64,000 bases of DNA from Verrucomicrobiales bacterium (GTDB taxonomy: Bacteria; Verrucomicrobiota; Verrucomicrobiia; Verrucomicrobiales; V1-33): the NCBI GenBank assembly GCA_038210825.1, contig JBBQWG010000001.1, positions 151,630 through 215,629 of the forward strand. The letters are read 5' to 3'. The translations under genes were made by a program, and so were the position numbers. Below the pieces are notes generated by a model. That model was not told where the DNA came from. It saw nothing but the letters and a program-made list of their open reading frames with translations, and made no database searches. The first letter of the stretch is position 1. Each line of letters begins with the position of its first letter. Below are positions 23,462 through 34,600 of the stretch, piece by piece.

Positions 23462-24898
23462 TTATTCCACCGCCGTGACCACCCCATGGACCTTGCCATG
23501 GCCGAGATGGGTAATGAATTCCTCGCCCGGGTGGAGTTCCCGGGCTTCGCGGACCAGTTTGCCGGCCATGTTCTGGGTGTAGGAAAACCCGCGGGAGAGC
23601 ACTGCCTGCGGACCGAGGGCGTGGAGTTGGTCCCCGCAGCGCGCCAGGGCGTGCCGGCGGGTGGCGAGGGCGGCCTGCAGGCGGGATTCGAGGCGTTCGC
23701 GCTGCAGGGCCAGCCGGGCCCGGCGTCCGGCAATGAGATTGTCGGGTCGGCGGCGCTCCAGTTGATGGGCTAGGGTGATAAGGTGCTGGCGTCGTTCGGC
23801 AAGGAGCAGGGCGACCGCGTCCTGGAGGGCCGTGGAGGCATCGTCCACGCGTTGCCGCCAGGGCAGCAGCACGCGATCGCTTTCCCGGCTGAGCGGGCCG
23901 CGGGCCATCAGTTCGAGTTCGCGCCGCCAGGTCTGCAGAGCCTGTTGGACCCTTCTGGTCAGGGTGGCACGGTGCTGTTGCAGCATGGCTTTCAGTTCAA
24001 CTCCATCCGGAGCCAGGAGTTCCGCAGCCGCGCTGGGAGTGGGAGCCCGCAGATCGGCGGTGAAGTCGGCGATGGTAAAATCAATCTCATGGCCCACGGC
24101 GGAGATCACCGGAACCGGACAGGCCGCGATGGCCCGGGCCACCACCTCTTCATTGAAAGCCCACAAATCTTCCAGGCTGCCGCCACCGCGGGCCAGCACC
24201 ACGGTGTCGATGCGGGGCAGATTTTGGGATGGCGCCTGTAGCCCATTGAGGGCGGCGGCAATTTCCCCGGCGGCTCCGGCCCCCTGAACCCGCACGGGGA
24301 AAACGAGGACACGCAGCCATGGCGAACGGCGGCGCAGGATATTCAGCATATCCTGGAGGGCCGCGCCGGTAGGCGAGGTGATGATGGCCACGGTGCGGGG
24401 AAAGCGGGGAATCTCCTGCTTCCGGTCTTCATCAAACAGGCCTTCTTCACAAAGCCTCCGCTTGAGGGCCTCGAACCGGGCCTGCAACGCTCCCACTCCG
24501 GAGGGCCGGACCTGCCGGACAATCATTTGATATTGTCCCCGGGCTTCATAAACCGTGACGTCTCCGTAAACCTGCACGGCTTGGCCGTCGCCCAGCGGCA
24601 CCTTGAGGCCGGCGGCATTTCCTTTGAACAGCACACAGGCCAACTGGGCTCCGGCATCCTTCAGCGTAAAATAATGGTGTCCGCTGTTTTGTTTGCGGTG
24701 GTTGCTCACTTCCCCTTCCACCCACACAGATCCTACTCCGTCTTCCAGCAGGTTTTTGATGCGCCGGGTCAATTGGGTCACGCTGTCCACTTTTTCCCTA
24801 TCATTGCAATTCTCCTCACGCGGCTGCCGCCGGGAAGCGGGAGTAAAATCAAAAAGGTCCATGGTCCTGCGCATACTCCGGAATGCCTGAGAGGACAA
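23462..24898 (-). CDS. xseA: Exodeoxyribonuclease VII large subunit (start may be the internal Met at 24862)
   Basis: OB-fold N-terminus VTQLTRRIKNLLEDGVGSVWVEGEVSNHRKQNSGHHYFTLKDAGAQLACVLF. Catalytic-core motifs VLARGGGSLEDLWAFNEE and VISAVGHEIDFTIADF are present. Confidence 0.9.
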   Translation of the reverse strand: MSSQAFRSMRRTMDLFDFTPASRRQPREENCNDREKVDSVTQLTRRIKNLLEDGVGSVWVEGEVSNHRKQNSGHHYFTLKDAGAQLACVLFKGNAAGLKVPLGDGQAVQVYGDVTVYEARGQYQMIVRQVRPSGVGALQARFEALKRRLCEEGLFDEDRKQEIPRFPRTVAIITSPTGAALQDMLNILRRRSPWLRVLVFPVRVQGAGAAGEIAAALNGLQAPSQNLPRIDTVVLARGGGSLEDLWAFNEEVVARAIAACPVPVISAVGHEIDFTIADFTADLRAPTPSAAAELLAPDGVELKAMLQQHRATLTRRVQQALQTWRRELELMARGPLSRESDRVLLPWRQRVDDASTALQDAVALLLAERRQHLITLAHQLERRRPDNLIAGRRARLALQRERLESRLQAALATRRHALARCGDQLHALGPQAVLSRGFSYTQNMAGKLVREARELHPGEEFITHLGHGKVHGVVTAVE

Positions 24899-25154
24899 GG
24901 CCCACTCCAGCGGGTTTCTTGTCAGGGGTGGGCAGTCTGCCGCGGTTACCCGACTTTGGAAAGTCGGGCTACGTTTCCCTCCGCACGTAGACCGAGATCC
25001 AATGGCGATTCGGGGATGCTGCGTTTTTCATCAAAATGGCGGGCACGGACCACTAGCTAGCAGTATCACAACACGCCTTTCCGGAACGCAAAAATCCGTT
25101 GGGGTGAACCGGCTGCCGTATACCCCACCCCGGCCGAAGCGATCCGGGCCGGGA

Positions 25155-26237
25155 TTACTTTTTCTTCAGTTCCCCCAACGGAATTTTCAGGGAAAGGGCG
25201 GTGGTGCCGGAGACGGTCCGGGTTTCCATGAGGACAGAAGGCTCCGGGGCATTCCAGTTGATGCTGATCAGACCAAAGTTTGGTTCGGAACAGGCCCTGG
25301 GACTGACCCGGTGGGGATTCACTGCGGCGGCCCATCCGGCGTGGGTATTGGTCAGGCCGCTGGAAGTAAAATCGTATAACGGATAGGGACCGTCCTTGGT
25401 CAGGGAAATTTCGGAGAAGTGAACGTCACCGGAGAGGAAAATCACCCCGTTGGCTCCAGTGCTGCCGATCAGGTCGTAGAGCCGCTTCCGTTCCAAGGGA
25501 AAGTTGTCCCATGACTCCATGCCTTTTTCACCGGCAATGACCTGGGTGCTGGAACCGATGAGCCGCAGATCAGCCGGCAGTTTGAGTTGGGTCTCCAGCC
25601 AGGCCCATTGTTCTGGTCCAAGGATGGTCGCGGCCGGGTCCGGGTCCGGCACATACCAGCCCACCAGATTGAGCCTCAATTTCTCCCCGGGCGGCCGGGT
25701 GTCCTTGGCCGCACGGCTGCGGAAGTATCGCAGATCCAACAGGATAATCTGCGTGCGCTTCCCCTCGGGTCCATAGCGCCATGCGCCGTAGACCCCGGCC
25801 CGCTGGCGCCTCGGGGAATCCGCTGCCACTCCATAAAAATCTAGCATGATGCGCTGGGATTCCACCTTCCGGGAATATCCGGCCCCTCCATCGTTCACCC
25901 CGTAATCGTGATCATCCCAGGTGGCGAGGACCGGACAGGTTTTGAGCAGCGACTGGTAGCCCGGTTTGGCCCCCAGCATGGCATATTTGGCTTTGAGGAG
26001 TTCCATGTCCGTGGTGTCCCCGTAAATGTTATCTCCCAACCCCAGAAACAACTGCGGCTGCACTTTCACGATCCCGTCCCAAATGGGCTGGGGCTTGTTC
26101 TGGGAGGCGCACGAACCGAAAGCAATCCGCTCCAAAATCTGCGGAGCACTTTTCTCCTCCGCGGCCACCCTGCCCGCGCCGCCCGGACCCAGCAGGCCTG
26201 CAAATAATAATGATCCCGCCAGAATGGAACGCTTCAT
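25155..26237 (-). CDS. PhoD-family alkaline phosphatase/phosphodiesterase (metallophosphatase)
   Basis: Signal peptide MKRSILAGSLLFAGLL. Motifs LGDNIYGD, WDDHDYGVNDGG and FLSGDVHFSE. ATG at 26235-26237 lies within ORF 25155..26366. Confidence 0.85.
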   Translation of the reverse strand: MKRSILAGSLLFAGLLGPGGAGRVAAEEKSAPQILERIAFGSCASQNKPQPIWDGIVKVQPQLFLGLGDNIYGDTTDMELLKAKYAMLGAKPGYQSLLKTCPVLATWDDHDYGVNDGGAGYSRKVESQRIMLDFYGVAADSPRRQRAGVYGAWRYGPEGKRTQIILLDLRYFRSRAAKDTRPPGEKLRLNLVGWYVPDPDPAATILGPEQWAWLETQLKLPADLRLIGSSTQVIAGEKGMESWDNFPLERKRLYDLIGSTGANGVIFLSGDVHFSEISLTKDGPYPLYDFTSSGLTNTHAGWAAAVNPHRVSPRACSEPNFGLISINWNAPEPSVLMETRTVSGTTALSLKIPLGELKKK

Positions 26238-26362
26238 AGGATAAAATGTCAGGAAAAAGTCCCTGCGCCAAGGAAGAGACGGAATTTCCCGGCCCTGCTT
26301 ATCGTGCATTCGACCCTGGCAGGAATGAGACGACCCAGGGAATGGAGGCAGGTGCCCGGAGG

Positions 26363-26821
26363 TCACCCTCCTCCCGCGCCTTCAAGTGGCACCTCATGAT
26401 ACTGCAAAGCCCACTCCTTCATGTATCGCACGCGGTGCGGACGGACCCGATAGACCACGAGGGATGGATTGTCCGGGGTGCCGAGGTAGCGCCGGAGCAG
26501 CGGATTGCTCTCCCAAATCGATGCCAGAAGCTCCGGCTCGGTGACCGTTTCGGCCGTGCCCGTGATCCTTACCTGATCGTGGCTGGCATCCAAATAACAA
26601 AGTTCGACCCTGGGATTGGCGGCGATTTCGGCCGTCTTGCCATAGTTTTTGAGATTGGCGATATAGACGGTGAATCCGTCCACTTTGACCGGAGAAACCG
26701 GACGCAGCCGGGGCTGGTCCCCATCCATGGTGGCCAGCATGGGAAACTTGGCGGCGGCCATGACATGGCGGGCCAGAGCTGGAAGGTCCCCGGGCGGGGG
26801 AGTGTCAGGGTGATTCGGCAT
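26363..26821 (-). CDS. Pyridoxamine 5'-phosphate oxidase-like FMN-binding family protein
   Basis: 152 aa. The pattern LATMDGDQPRLRPVSP...NPRVELCYLD...VRITGTAE fits the PNPOx split-barrel family. Confidence 0.7.
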   Translation of the reverse strand: MPNHPDTPPPGDLPALARHVMAAAKFPMLATMDGDQPRLRPVSPVKVDGFTVYIANLKNYGKTAEIAANPRVELCYLDASHDQVRITGTAETVTEPELLASIWESNPLLRRYLGTPDNPSLVVYRVRPHRVRYMKEWALQYHEVPLEGAGGG

Positions 26822-27003
26822 TTTGGTTCAGTTCAGGTTTGATTTTCCGCAGGAGACCCGCGCAGCTATCTTCCACCAGATCAAGCACCGTTTCAAATCC
26901 CCCGGCAGTGACCCACCACCTCGGCCATGCGACTCCTCCGCGCTCCAGTTGCGCCCTCCCCGGATCACGGCTTCAGTGGGTATTCTGAATTTTCCTGATT
27001 CCC

Positions 27004-30000
27004 TTGCCTGATCTGCCTTCCGCCCTCCTGATCCTCCTGATTTTCCTTCTGGGATCCGCTTCCGGTTTGTCAGCACAGTCACCGGATCAAGGCGGGGTCG
27101 CTCTCCCGGAGATCGAAGCCAAAATCAAACTCTGGTCTTCTTCCGCCGTGGACCCCGGGTTGCAGAAGCGCGTGCTGCCCCTCGCGGAGGAAGCCTCCAA
27201 CCGGATCCAGCAGGCAGCGCAATACCGCCAGCAAGCCGGCCAATACCGCGAACAGACCCAAAAACTCCCCGTCACCGCTGCGGCTTTGAAGGAAAGCGCT
27301 TCCCAACCTGCCACCCTCCCAGCCAGCCTTAAGGCCCCTCCCGCCACCGCTGGCATCAGCGACCTTGAGGCTGCGGTCTCGGCCTTGGAAACTGCCCTCG
27401 CCCCCGCCCGTCAACAGTTGGTGCTGGCCCGTAGTCTGCCCCAGCAAAACGCGGCCCGGCGGCAGGAATTGAACGCCGTTCTCAGCGAGGCCAATCCCGC
27501 CCTGATCAAGCTTACCACCGAAGCGCTGCCCACCGACCCCACCCAACCGGCCGAATGGCTGGAAGCCAGAACCCTTTCCCGCAAAGCCACCATCGCCGCC
27601 ACGCAAGCCAAAATCGATGCCGCAGAAGCGGAATTGGCATGGCTCGATGCCGCAGAAGCCATCAACTGGCCGAGCCTACAGCTTAGCGAAGCCAACCGCC
27701 AGTTGGTTGCATTGGAGGCCGCCGGGAGCCCGCTCCGCAGCCGTCTCGACCAACTTAGGAGCCAGTCTGCCGCCACCACCCTCGAAAAAGCCACCCGCGA
27801 GGAAGCGGAGGCTCCGGCGGCACTCCAGCCGGTGCTCGAAGCCGTGAGGCTCCGGGCCGCCGAAAACCAGCACATCATCGAAGTTCTGATTCCACAGGCC
27901 GAGGAAAAACTGCGCGCCCTTCAATCCGATATCCGGCACTGGGTCAACCTGTCCGCCGGCACCCGGGAAAAAATCCGCCGCCTCGGTCCCAGCGGTATCA
28001 TCGGCGTTGAACTGCGGCAACAACGTCAGGCGCTGCCGACGCCGGCCTCTCTGACCCGGGACGATGCGGATCGTCAGGAAAACCTGACCAAAGTGGAATT
28101 GGCCCGGCTGGCCCTTGATGAAGTGCATGCGGGCCTGCCTGTCAGCGCTGCGGATGCCCCATCCGCCGCCAAAGCCGAGCGCGAAAGTATCCTCACCCTT
28201 CAGCAGACCTACGCCCGATATTACAATGTGCTGGTCCGGCTGGAGGAATCTTCCCAGCAATACCGCAATGTCATCCGGGCCCACCGCAGCTTCATCCATG
28301 AAAACATTCTCTGGATGCCCAGCACCATCCCCGTAGGCCCGGCGAGCCTGGCCTCACTCGGCGTCTCCTCTCAGTGGCTGGCCCGGAATGTCACGGATCC
28401 CGCTCTTGCCTCCTCATGGTGGCAGGGCGTCCGACAGCATCCCCTCGCCTCCACCCTGACCATTTTGCTGCTGGGAGGACTTTATTGGATCAACCGCACC
28501 GGACGTCACCGGCTCGCGGCCCTCGCCCGCCTGGCCTCTCAACCGGATCCTGGATTTTTTCCCACGCTGGCCGCCGTGGTCTGGACCGCCGCCATCGCCC
28601 TGCCATGGCCGGTGCTGCTTTGGGCGGCCTCCCTGCCATGGCTGGAAAACCCCCACGCCCCGGCCTTCGCCCTGACCCTTGCCACCGCGCTGCACCAGAC
28701 GGCCCTCACGCTGCTCGGCGTGGAACTGGTGCGCCAGCCGCTGCATCCCGACGGCCTCGCTCCCCGGCATTTTGCATGGCCCGGCGAGGTGGTCCGGCAG
28801 CTTCGCTGGCAATTCCGCCGGTTGATCCTGATCCTCATTCCCTGCTCCCTTGCCGCCAGTATTTTCCAGCGCTCGGACGAGATCCGCCATGACGCCGCAG
28901 GCCGCGTCTGCCTTGTCGTCGTCCTCGTGGCTGCAGCATGGTGGCTGCATCGGTTCTGGAAAATCGCCGGACGCCACACCGGCCTGCCCCGGCAGGGTTT
29001 AAGCCGGCTTCTCTGGCACACGGGGTATGCGCTTTGCATCTTCGTGCCCCTTGCCCTGGCGGTGCTCGCCCTGCGCGGCTATCTGCTCACCGCCGAAGTC
29101 CTGACAGTTCGCCTGGCCATCACACTGCTCACCGGTGCTGGCTTTCTGCTCCTGCGGGCTCTCTTCCTGCGGTGGTATTTTCTTCACCGCCAACAGCTCC
29201 GCAAAGCCTCCGCGCGCAAGCTCCGGGAAAACCGCGAAGCCTCCCGCGCGGCGGCCGCCGCTCCCGAGCCGGTCGAGAACCTCCCCCCTGGCACCATCAC
29301 CTCAGATCCCGTCCCGGAACCAGCTCCCGACGTCATCACCGGCCCGGAAATCGACGACAAAGGCCAGCAGATGCGCGGCCTGGTGGATATCATCGTTTTT
29401 GCCGGCATCGTGCTCAGCGCATGGTCCATCTGGGCGGACGTCCTGCCCGCTGCCAGAAATCTGGCCGACCGGCCGCTGGATTCACTGGTGTCCCTGCAGC
29501 GTGACCATGAGGACCGTGCCCCGGACGATCAATCCCCGGTTTCCCTGATCCCGGGATTACCGCTGACCGCGCCCGCCCCGGCGGCCGGAACGGCGGAGGA
29601 TCCGGAAGCAAAACCCGTTTCCCGGCTGACGTGGTGGTCGTTTTTCATCGCCCTCGCGGCCGCCGGCCTAACCCTTGCCTCCGCCCGACGGATTCCGGGG
29701 GCGATTGAGTTTGTCATGAGCAGTCAGCTGCAACTGGATGCCGGAGCCCGCTTTGCCCTGAGCACCGTCACCCGCTACGCCATTCTCATCACCGGATTGG
29801 TATTCACCCTCGGACTTCTGGGAATCACATGGTCCAGTGTGCAGTGGCTCGCCGCCGCCCTGACGGTGGGTCTTGGCTTCGGATTGCAGGAAATCTTCGC
29901 CAACTTTTTCTCCGGCCTCATCATCCTGATCGAACGTCCGATCCGGCCCGGCGACACCGTGACCATCGACAACATCACCGGCACCGTCAGCCGCATTCAA

Positions 30001-30468
30001 ATCCGCGCCACCACCATCCGGGCTCCGGACGGCAAGGACTACATCGTTCCCAACAAGGAATTCATCACCGGCAAACTCCTCAACTGGACCCACACCGATA
30101 CCGCGACACGTCAGGAAATCTCCGTCGGCATTTCCTATCAGTCCGACCCCGCCACCGCGCTCGGTCTGCTGGCCAGCGCCGCCGCCGACCATCCGGCGGT
30201 GCTCAAGGATCCGGCTCCCATCGTCAGCTTCGAGGGGTTCGGGGACAATGCCCTGCTGCTGCGGCTCCGCTTCCACGTGGGCACCCTTGCCGAGCGCCTT
30301 TCCACCCTGACCGATCTGCATTGCGCCATCCTGCGCAGCTTTGCGGCGGCGGATATTGACATTCCCTTTCCCCAGAGGGAAGTCCGCCTGCACGGTTTCC
30401 CGGAATCCCTCACCAAATCCGATCCCAAATCCGATCCGCCCGCCGGTCCGGACCGGCCTGGAACCTGA
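27004..30468 (+). CDS. Large MscS-family mechanosensitive channel (MscK/KefA-like)
   Basis: 1154 aa. It has a signal peptide, a long Ala/Gln-rich coiled-coil periplasmic region and multiple TMs. The MscS core is GLGFGLQEIFANFFSGLIILIERPIRPGDTVTI..GTVSRIQIRATTIR. Confidence 0.85.
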   Translation: MPDLPSALLILLIFLLGSASGLSAQSPDQGGVALPEIEAKIKLWSSSAVDPGLQKRVLPLAEEASNRIQQAAQYRQQAGQYREQTQKLPVTAAALKESASQPATLPASLKAPPATAGISDLEAAVSALETALAPARQQLVLARSLPQQNAARRQELNAVLSEANPALIKLTTEALPTDPTQPAEWLEARTLSRKATIAATQAKIDAAEAELAWLDAAEAINWPSLQLSEANRQLVALEAAGSPLRSRLDQLRSQSAATTLEKATREEAEAPAALQPVLEAVRLRAAENQHIIEVLIPQAEEKLRALQSDIRHWVNLSAGTREKIRRLGPSGIIGVELRQQRQALPTPASLTRDDADRQENLTKVELARLALDEVHAGLPVSAADAPSAAKAERESILTLQQTYARYYNVLVRLEESSQQYRNVIRAHRSFIHENILWMPSTIPVGPASLASLGVSSQWLARNVTDPALASSWWQGVRQHPLASTLTILLLGGLYWINRTGRHRLAALARLASQPDPGFFPTLAAVVWTAAIALPWPVLLWAASLPWLENPHAPAFALTLATALHQTALTLLGVELVRQPLHPDGLAPRHFAWPGEVVRQLRWQFRRLILILIPCSLAASIFQRSDEIRHDAAGRVCLVVVLVAAAWWLHRFWKIAGRHTGLPRQGLSRLLWHTGYALCIFVPLALAVLALRGYLLTAEVLTVRLAITLLTGAGFLLLRALFLRWYFLHRQQLRKASARKLRENREASRAAAAAPEPVENLPPGTITSDPVPEPAPDVITGPEIDDKGQQMRGLVDIIVFAGIVLSAWSIWADVLPAARNLADRPLDSLVSLQRDHEDRAPDDQSPVSLIPGLPLTAPAPAAGTAEDPEAKPVSRLTWWSFFIALAAAGLTLASARRIPGAIEFVMSSQLQLDAGARFALSTVTRYAILITGLVFTLGLLGITWSSVQWLAAALTVGLGFGLQEIFANFFSGLIILIERPIRPGDTVTIDNITGTVSRIQIRATTIRAPDGKDYIVPNKEFITGKLLNWTHTDTATRQEISVGISYQSDPATALGLLASAAADHPAVLKDPAPIVSFEGFGDNALLLRLRFHVGTLAERLSTLTDLHCAILRSFAAADIDIPFPQREVRLHGFPESLTKSDPKSDPPAGPDRPGT

Positions 30469-30599
30469 GCCGGCCGGCCATTTCCCGCCCTGCGGCGCGG
30501 GGCCATTTCCGGAAATTACCTCCACGATGAAGGCAAGTTATTGAACATCAGCGGGCATTGCAGCTTGAGTTCGCGAGGGGTTGACCGACGGTAACGGTC

Positions 30600-31679
30600 A
30601 TGCGTCCCATTCTCAGATATGTGCTGCTTGCCGGCACGCTAACCTGTAGCCTTCACGCGGAAGAACCCGCCAAGCCCGTCACTGTGGCCGTAGTGGAAAA
30701 GTCCCCGCTCATCTCACGGGTGGAATTGACAGGATCAGTGACGGCACGGCGGCATTCCCGGCTTTCCGCGCGGACGGCGGGGTTGATCGCCACGCTGAGG
30801 CCGGATGCGGGCGATGTGGTGAAACAGGGCGACGTGCTGGTGGAACTGGATGATGAGTTGGCCGCGCTGGCGCTGGAACGGGTGCAGGCGGAAAGGGAAC
30901 AGGCGGTGTTGGAAGTGGCGGAAGCGCAGCGCCTGGTGGATGAAGTGCGCGGACTGGCAAGGTCCGGAGCTTTCACCCGCTCCGAGGCGCAAACCCGGGA
31001 GACCTCGCTCAAGCTGAAATCCGCCATTTTGCGGCAGGCGGAGGTGCAGCAGCGCGAGCAGGCGGCGCTGGTGGAACGCCACCGTCTCCTCGCTCCCTTC
31101 GATGGCGTTATTTCCCGCAAACTGGCGGAAGAAGGCGAATGGGTGCAGACCGGCACCCCGGTGCTGGAACTGGTGGAGACCGGCAACCTGCGCATGGACG
31201 TGCAGGGTCCGCAGGAGTTGTTCGCCCGGCTCAAGGAAACACCGGAAGTCGGTGTCAGGCTGGATGTGGATCCGGAACGGGTTTTGTCAGGAAAAATCGC
31301 GGTGGCGGTGCCCGTAAAAGACGCCGTGACGCGGACGTTTCTGATCCGGATCGCGATGGAGGATCCTGACCAACTGGCGGCACCGGGCATCTCGGGCCGC
31401 GCGGTGTTTTCATTTACAGGTGACCAGCCGGTGGTGCAGGTGCCGCGGGATGCAGTGGTGCGTTTTGCGGATGGATCCGCCAAAGTCTGGAAGGTAGTGG
31501 ACGAGGGCGTGGGCACTGTAGTGCGGTCACAGGTGATAACCCTCGGACCCGCCCTGACCGATCAACTGGAAGTCCTGACCGGCTTGGAAGCGGGGGTTCG
31601 CGTGGTAGAGCGCGGCAACGAAGGCCTGCGCGAAGGACAGGCCGTGCAAATTTTCACGCCAACCTCCGGAAAGGAGTAG
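30600..31679 (+). CDS. RND efflux periplasmic adaptor (membrane fusion protein)
   Basis: 359 aa. A lipoyl/hairpin pattern (VKQGDVLVELDD, coiled-coil, LLAPFDGVISRKL) is present, and the gene lies directly upstream of the RND permease. Confidence 0.85.
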   Translation: MRPILRYVLLAGTLTCSLHAEEPAKPVTVAVVEKSPLISRVELTGSVTARRHSRLSARTAGLIATLRPDAGDVVKQGDVLVELDDELAALALERVQAEREQAVLEVAEAQRLVDEVRGLARSGAFTRSEAQTRETSLKLKSAILRQAEVQQREQAALVERHRLLAPFDGVISRKLAEEGEWVQTGTPVLELVETGNLRMDVQGPQELFARLKETPEVGVRLDVDPERVLSGKIAVAVPVKDAVTRTFLIRIAMEDPDQLAAPGISGRAVFSFTGDQPVVQVPRDAVVRFADGSAKVWKVVDEGVGTVVRSQVITLGPALTDQLEVLTGLEAGVRVVERGNEGLREGQAVQIFTPTSGKE

Positions 31680-31686
31680 TAAGGCC

Positions 31687-34600
31687 ATGATGGAAGCGAT
31701 TCTCAAGCGTGGCACTCTGGTCACGGTCATCACCGCGATGCTGCTGCTGCTGGGCCTCATCGCCGCAACGCGGGTCCCCGTGCAGATGATCCCGGACCTC
31801 GACACCCGCATCATCACGGTGGAGACGCGCTGGCCCGGCGCGACCCCGCAGGATGTGGAAAAGGAAATCATCATTGAACAGGAAGACTACCTGCGCGGCC
31901 TGCCCAATCTGCGCCGCATGACCTCCCAGGCCACCACCGGCTCCGCCACCATCGAGCTGGAGTTTCCATTCGGCACGGACGTCAACGAGGCTCTGCTGCG
32001 GGTCAACAACGCCCTCAGCCAGGTGCCATCCTATCCGGAAAATACGGATGAACCGGTGCTGCGGACCAATTCGTTTTCCTACAATGCCTTCATGAGTTTC
32101 CGGGTGGTGCCGTTGCCGGGAAATCCACGGAAACTGGACATGGACATGATGCGGGATTTCATCGGCGACAATGCCCGGGCTCCGCTGGAACGGGTGCCGG
32201 GCGTTTCCCAGGTGGAAGTGGGCGGGGGTGCAGCGCGCCAGATCCAGATCCTTGTGGACCCGGCCAGACTGGCGGAACGCGGGATCACCCTGACAGATTT
32301 GCGGGACGCGGTGCGGGCGCGGAATCTGGACCTTTCCGCCGGAGATGTGGACAGCGGAAAAAGACGTTATCTGCTGCGGACGGTGGGCCGTTTTGAAACC
32401 CTTGGGGAATTGGAGGACCTGATCCTCGTGCGCCGCGGGGATGCCATCACCCGGCTGCGGGATGTGGCCACCGTGCAGTTGGATCACTTTGAAATCTCCA
32501 ACCGTTCCTACACCAACGGAGTGTCCAACATCCGCCTCTCCCTGATCCGGGAAACCGGATCGAATGTCATCGCCATCAAACGCGCCGTGCTGCCGGTGGT
32601 GGAACAGATCAACCGGGACGTGCTGAATCCCGCCGGCATGGAGATGCTCATCAGCAACGAGGACGTGCGGTATGTCGAGGATTCCGTGAAAAATGTCTGG
32701 ACCAATATACTGATTGGAGCGGGCCTCGCGGCGTGCGTGCTGTTTTTGTTTCTGCGCTCCGCCTCGGCGACCCTGATCGGGATGTGCGGCATGCCGGTGT
32801 GCGCCGTGGCCAGCTTCATCGGCTTGCTGCTGCTGGGTCGCACCATCAATGTGATCTCGCTCGCCGGGGTGGCCTTCGCCATCGGCATGACCATCGACAA
32901 CACCATTGTGGTGCTGGAAAGCATCCAGCAGGAGCGGCAAAAAGGAAAATCGCGCTTCCAGGCAGCCTTGGATGGCACCCGCGCGGTGGCGGCGGCGGTA
33001 TTGTCAGGAACCATGACCACGGTGCTGGTCTTCCTCCCGCTGCTGTTTGTGAAGGAGGAAGCCGGGCAGTTGTTTTCGGATATTGGCATCGCCATATCGG
33101 CTTCCATCCTCGTCTCCATGCTGGTCGCGGTCACTCTGGTGCCGGTGGCCTTTGCCAATCTCCCCGAAGGCAAATCAAAGGGGGCTCCAGCCCTTGCCAC
33201 TGCCCCGAAACGACGCCTTCTCGAACCGCTGGCATGGCTCTTCGGGCATCCGCTGCGCCGGATCGGGGTCATCCTCACCACGCTAGCCCTCACCGGCGCG
33301 GCCCTGTTTTTCCTGACACCTCCCGCCGAATATCTGCCGGAAGGAGAGGAAGCCAAATCCTTCTCTACCATGATCGCGCCGCCGGGCTACAATCTGCCGG
33401 AGATGGAAAAAATCGCGGAGAGCCTGCAGGCGGAAATCCTGCCGGCACTGGACACCGATCCCGCCGCCTTCGACCGGGGAGAACTAACCATTCCACCCTT
33501 GGCCCGCTTCACCGTGATTGCCCAGGCGCAGTCGTTGCGCGTGATCGCGGAGACCAAGGATCCGAAACACATTGATGCCTTCATGGAGGTGATCAACGCG
33601 CGATTCCGCGTCCATCCGGGGATGCGGGCGTTTTCTTCGCGCGGTTCCATCATTTCCAGCAACGACGGCGGCACCCGCGCGGTGGCTCTCGATCTGAGTG
33701 GACCGGATCTGCCCGCCATCTATCAGGCTGCCGGCACCACCTTCCGCCGCGCAGAGGAGGTCATCGAAGGGGCCCAGATCAATTCCGTGCCAGCCTCGTT
33801 GGTGCTGGGGCAGCCGCTGCTCCAGATCAAACCCAAGTGGGAGCGCCTCGCCGAGATGGGGATCACCCTCCAGGATTTCGGGTTCGGCGTGGCCTCCCTG
33901 ACCGATGGAGCCTTTGTCGACGAGTTTTTCCTCAATGACGACAAGGTCGATATTTTCCTGTATGACCAAGCGATCAACCGGCAGTCGCTGGATGAGATTC
34001 CCGGCTTCACCCTGTGGTCGCCCCAGGGCACGGCGGTGCCGTTGAGCACCCTTGCGGATATTTCGGAAACGGTGGATACGGCCAATATCCGGCGGGTGGA
34101 CGGCAAGCGCACCGTGACCCTCTACGTCATTCCGCCGCGCAGTCTGCCCCTCGAAACGGCGGTGAACAAAGTTCGTGAGGAAGTGGTAGGACACCTGCGG
34201 GCCACCCAGTCCCTGCCCCCCGGCGTCACGGTGGATATCTCCGGAGCCAGCGATCAATTGGACGCCACCCGCGCCTCCATGGCGGGCAATCTGTGGGTGG
34301 CGGTGGTGCTTTGTTATCTGCAGCTGGTCATCATCTACCGCCACTGGGGCGATCCCTTCCTCATCCTCGCCACCGTGCCCCTGGGCATCAGCGGAGGCAT
34401 TGCCGGCCTTTGGCTCCTCAATTTTGCAGGAGGCCTGCTGCCTTCCATCGGCCTGCCGGAAATCCGCCAGCCCTTTGACATGATTACCATGCTGGGCTTC
34501 CTTATCCTTCTGGGGACCTCCGTAAACAATCCGATCCTTATCGTGGACCGAGCCATGCACAACCGCCGGTTGCTCGGCATGGCCCCGCTGGATGCCGTCC

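Noticed and set aside
24949-24968. Hairpin cccgacttt-gga-aagtcggg in the xseA/phoD intergenic region. Its 3' arm reads GGAAAGUCGGGCU, reminiscent of the RNase P RNA CR-I motif (GGAAAGUCCGGGC).
   Set aside because: The whole intergenic space is only about 256 nt. No other RNase P conserved regions are visible, and the motif differs at the critical CC. It is probably a leader or terminator hairpin.
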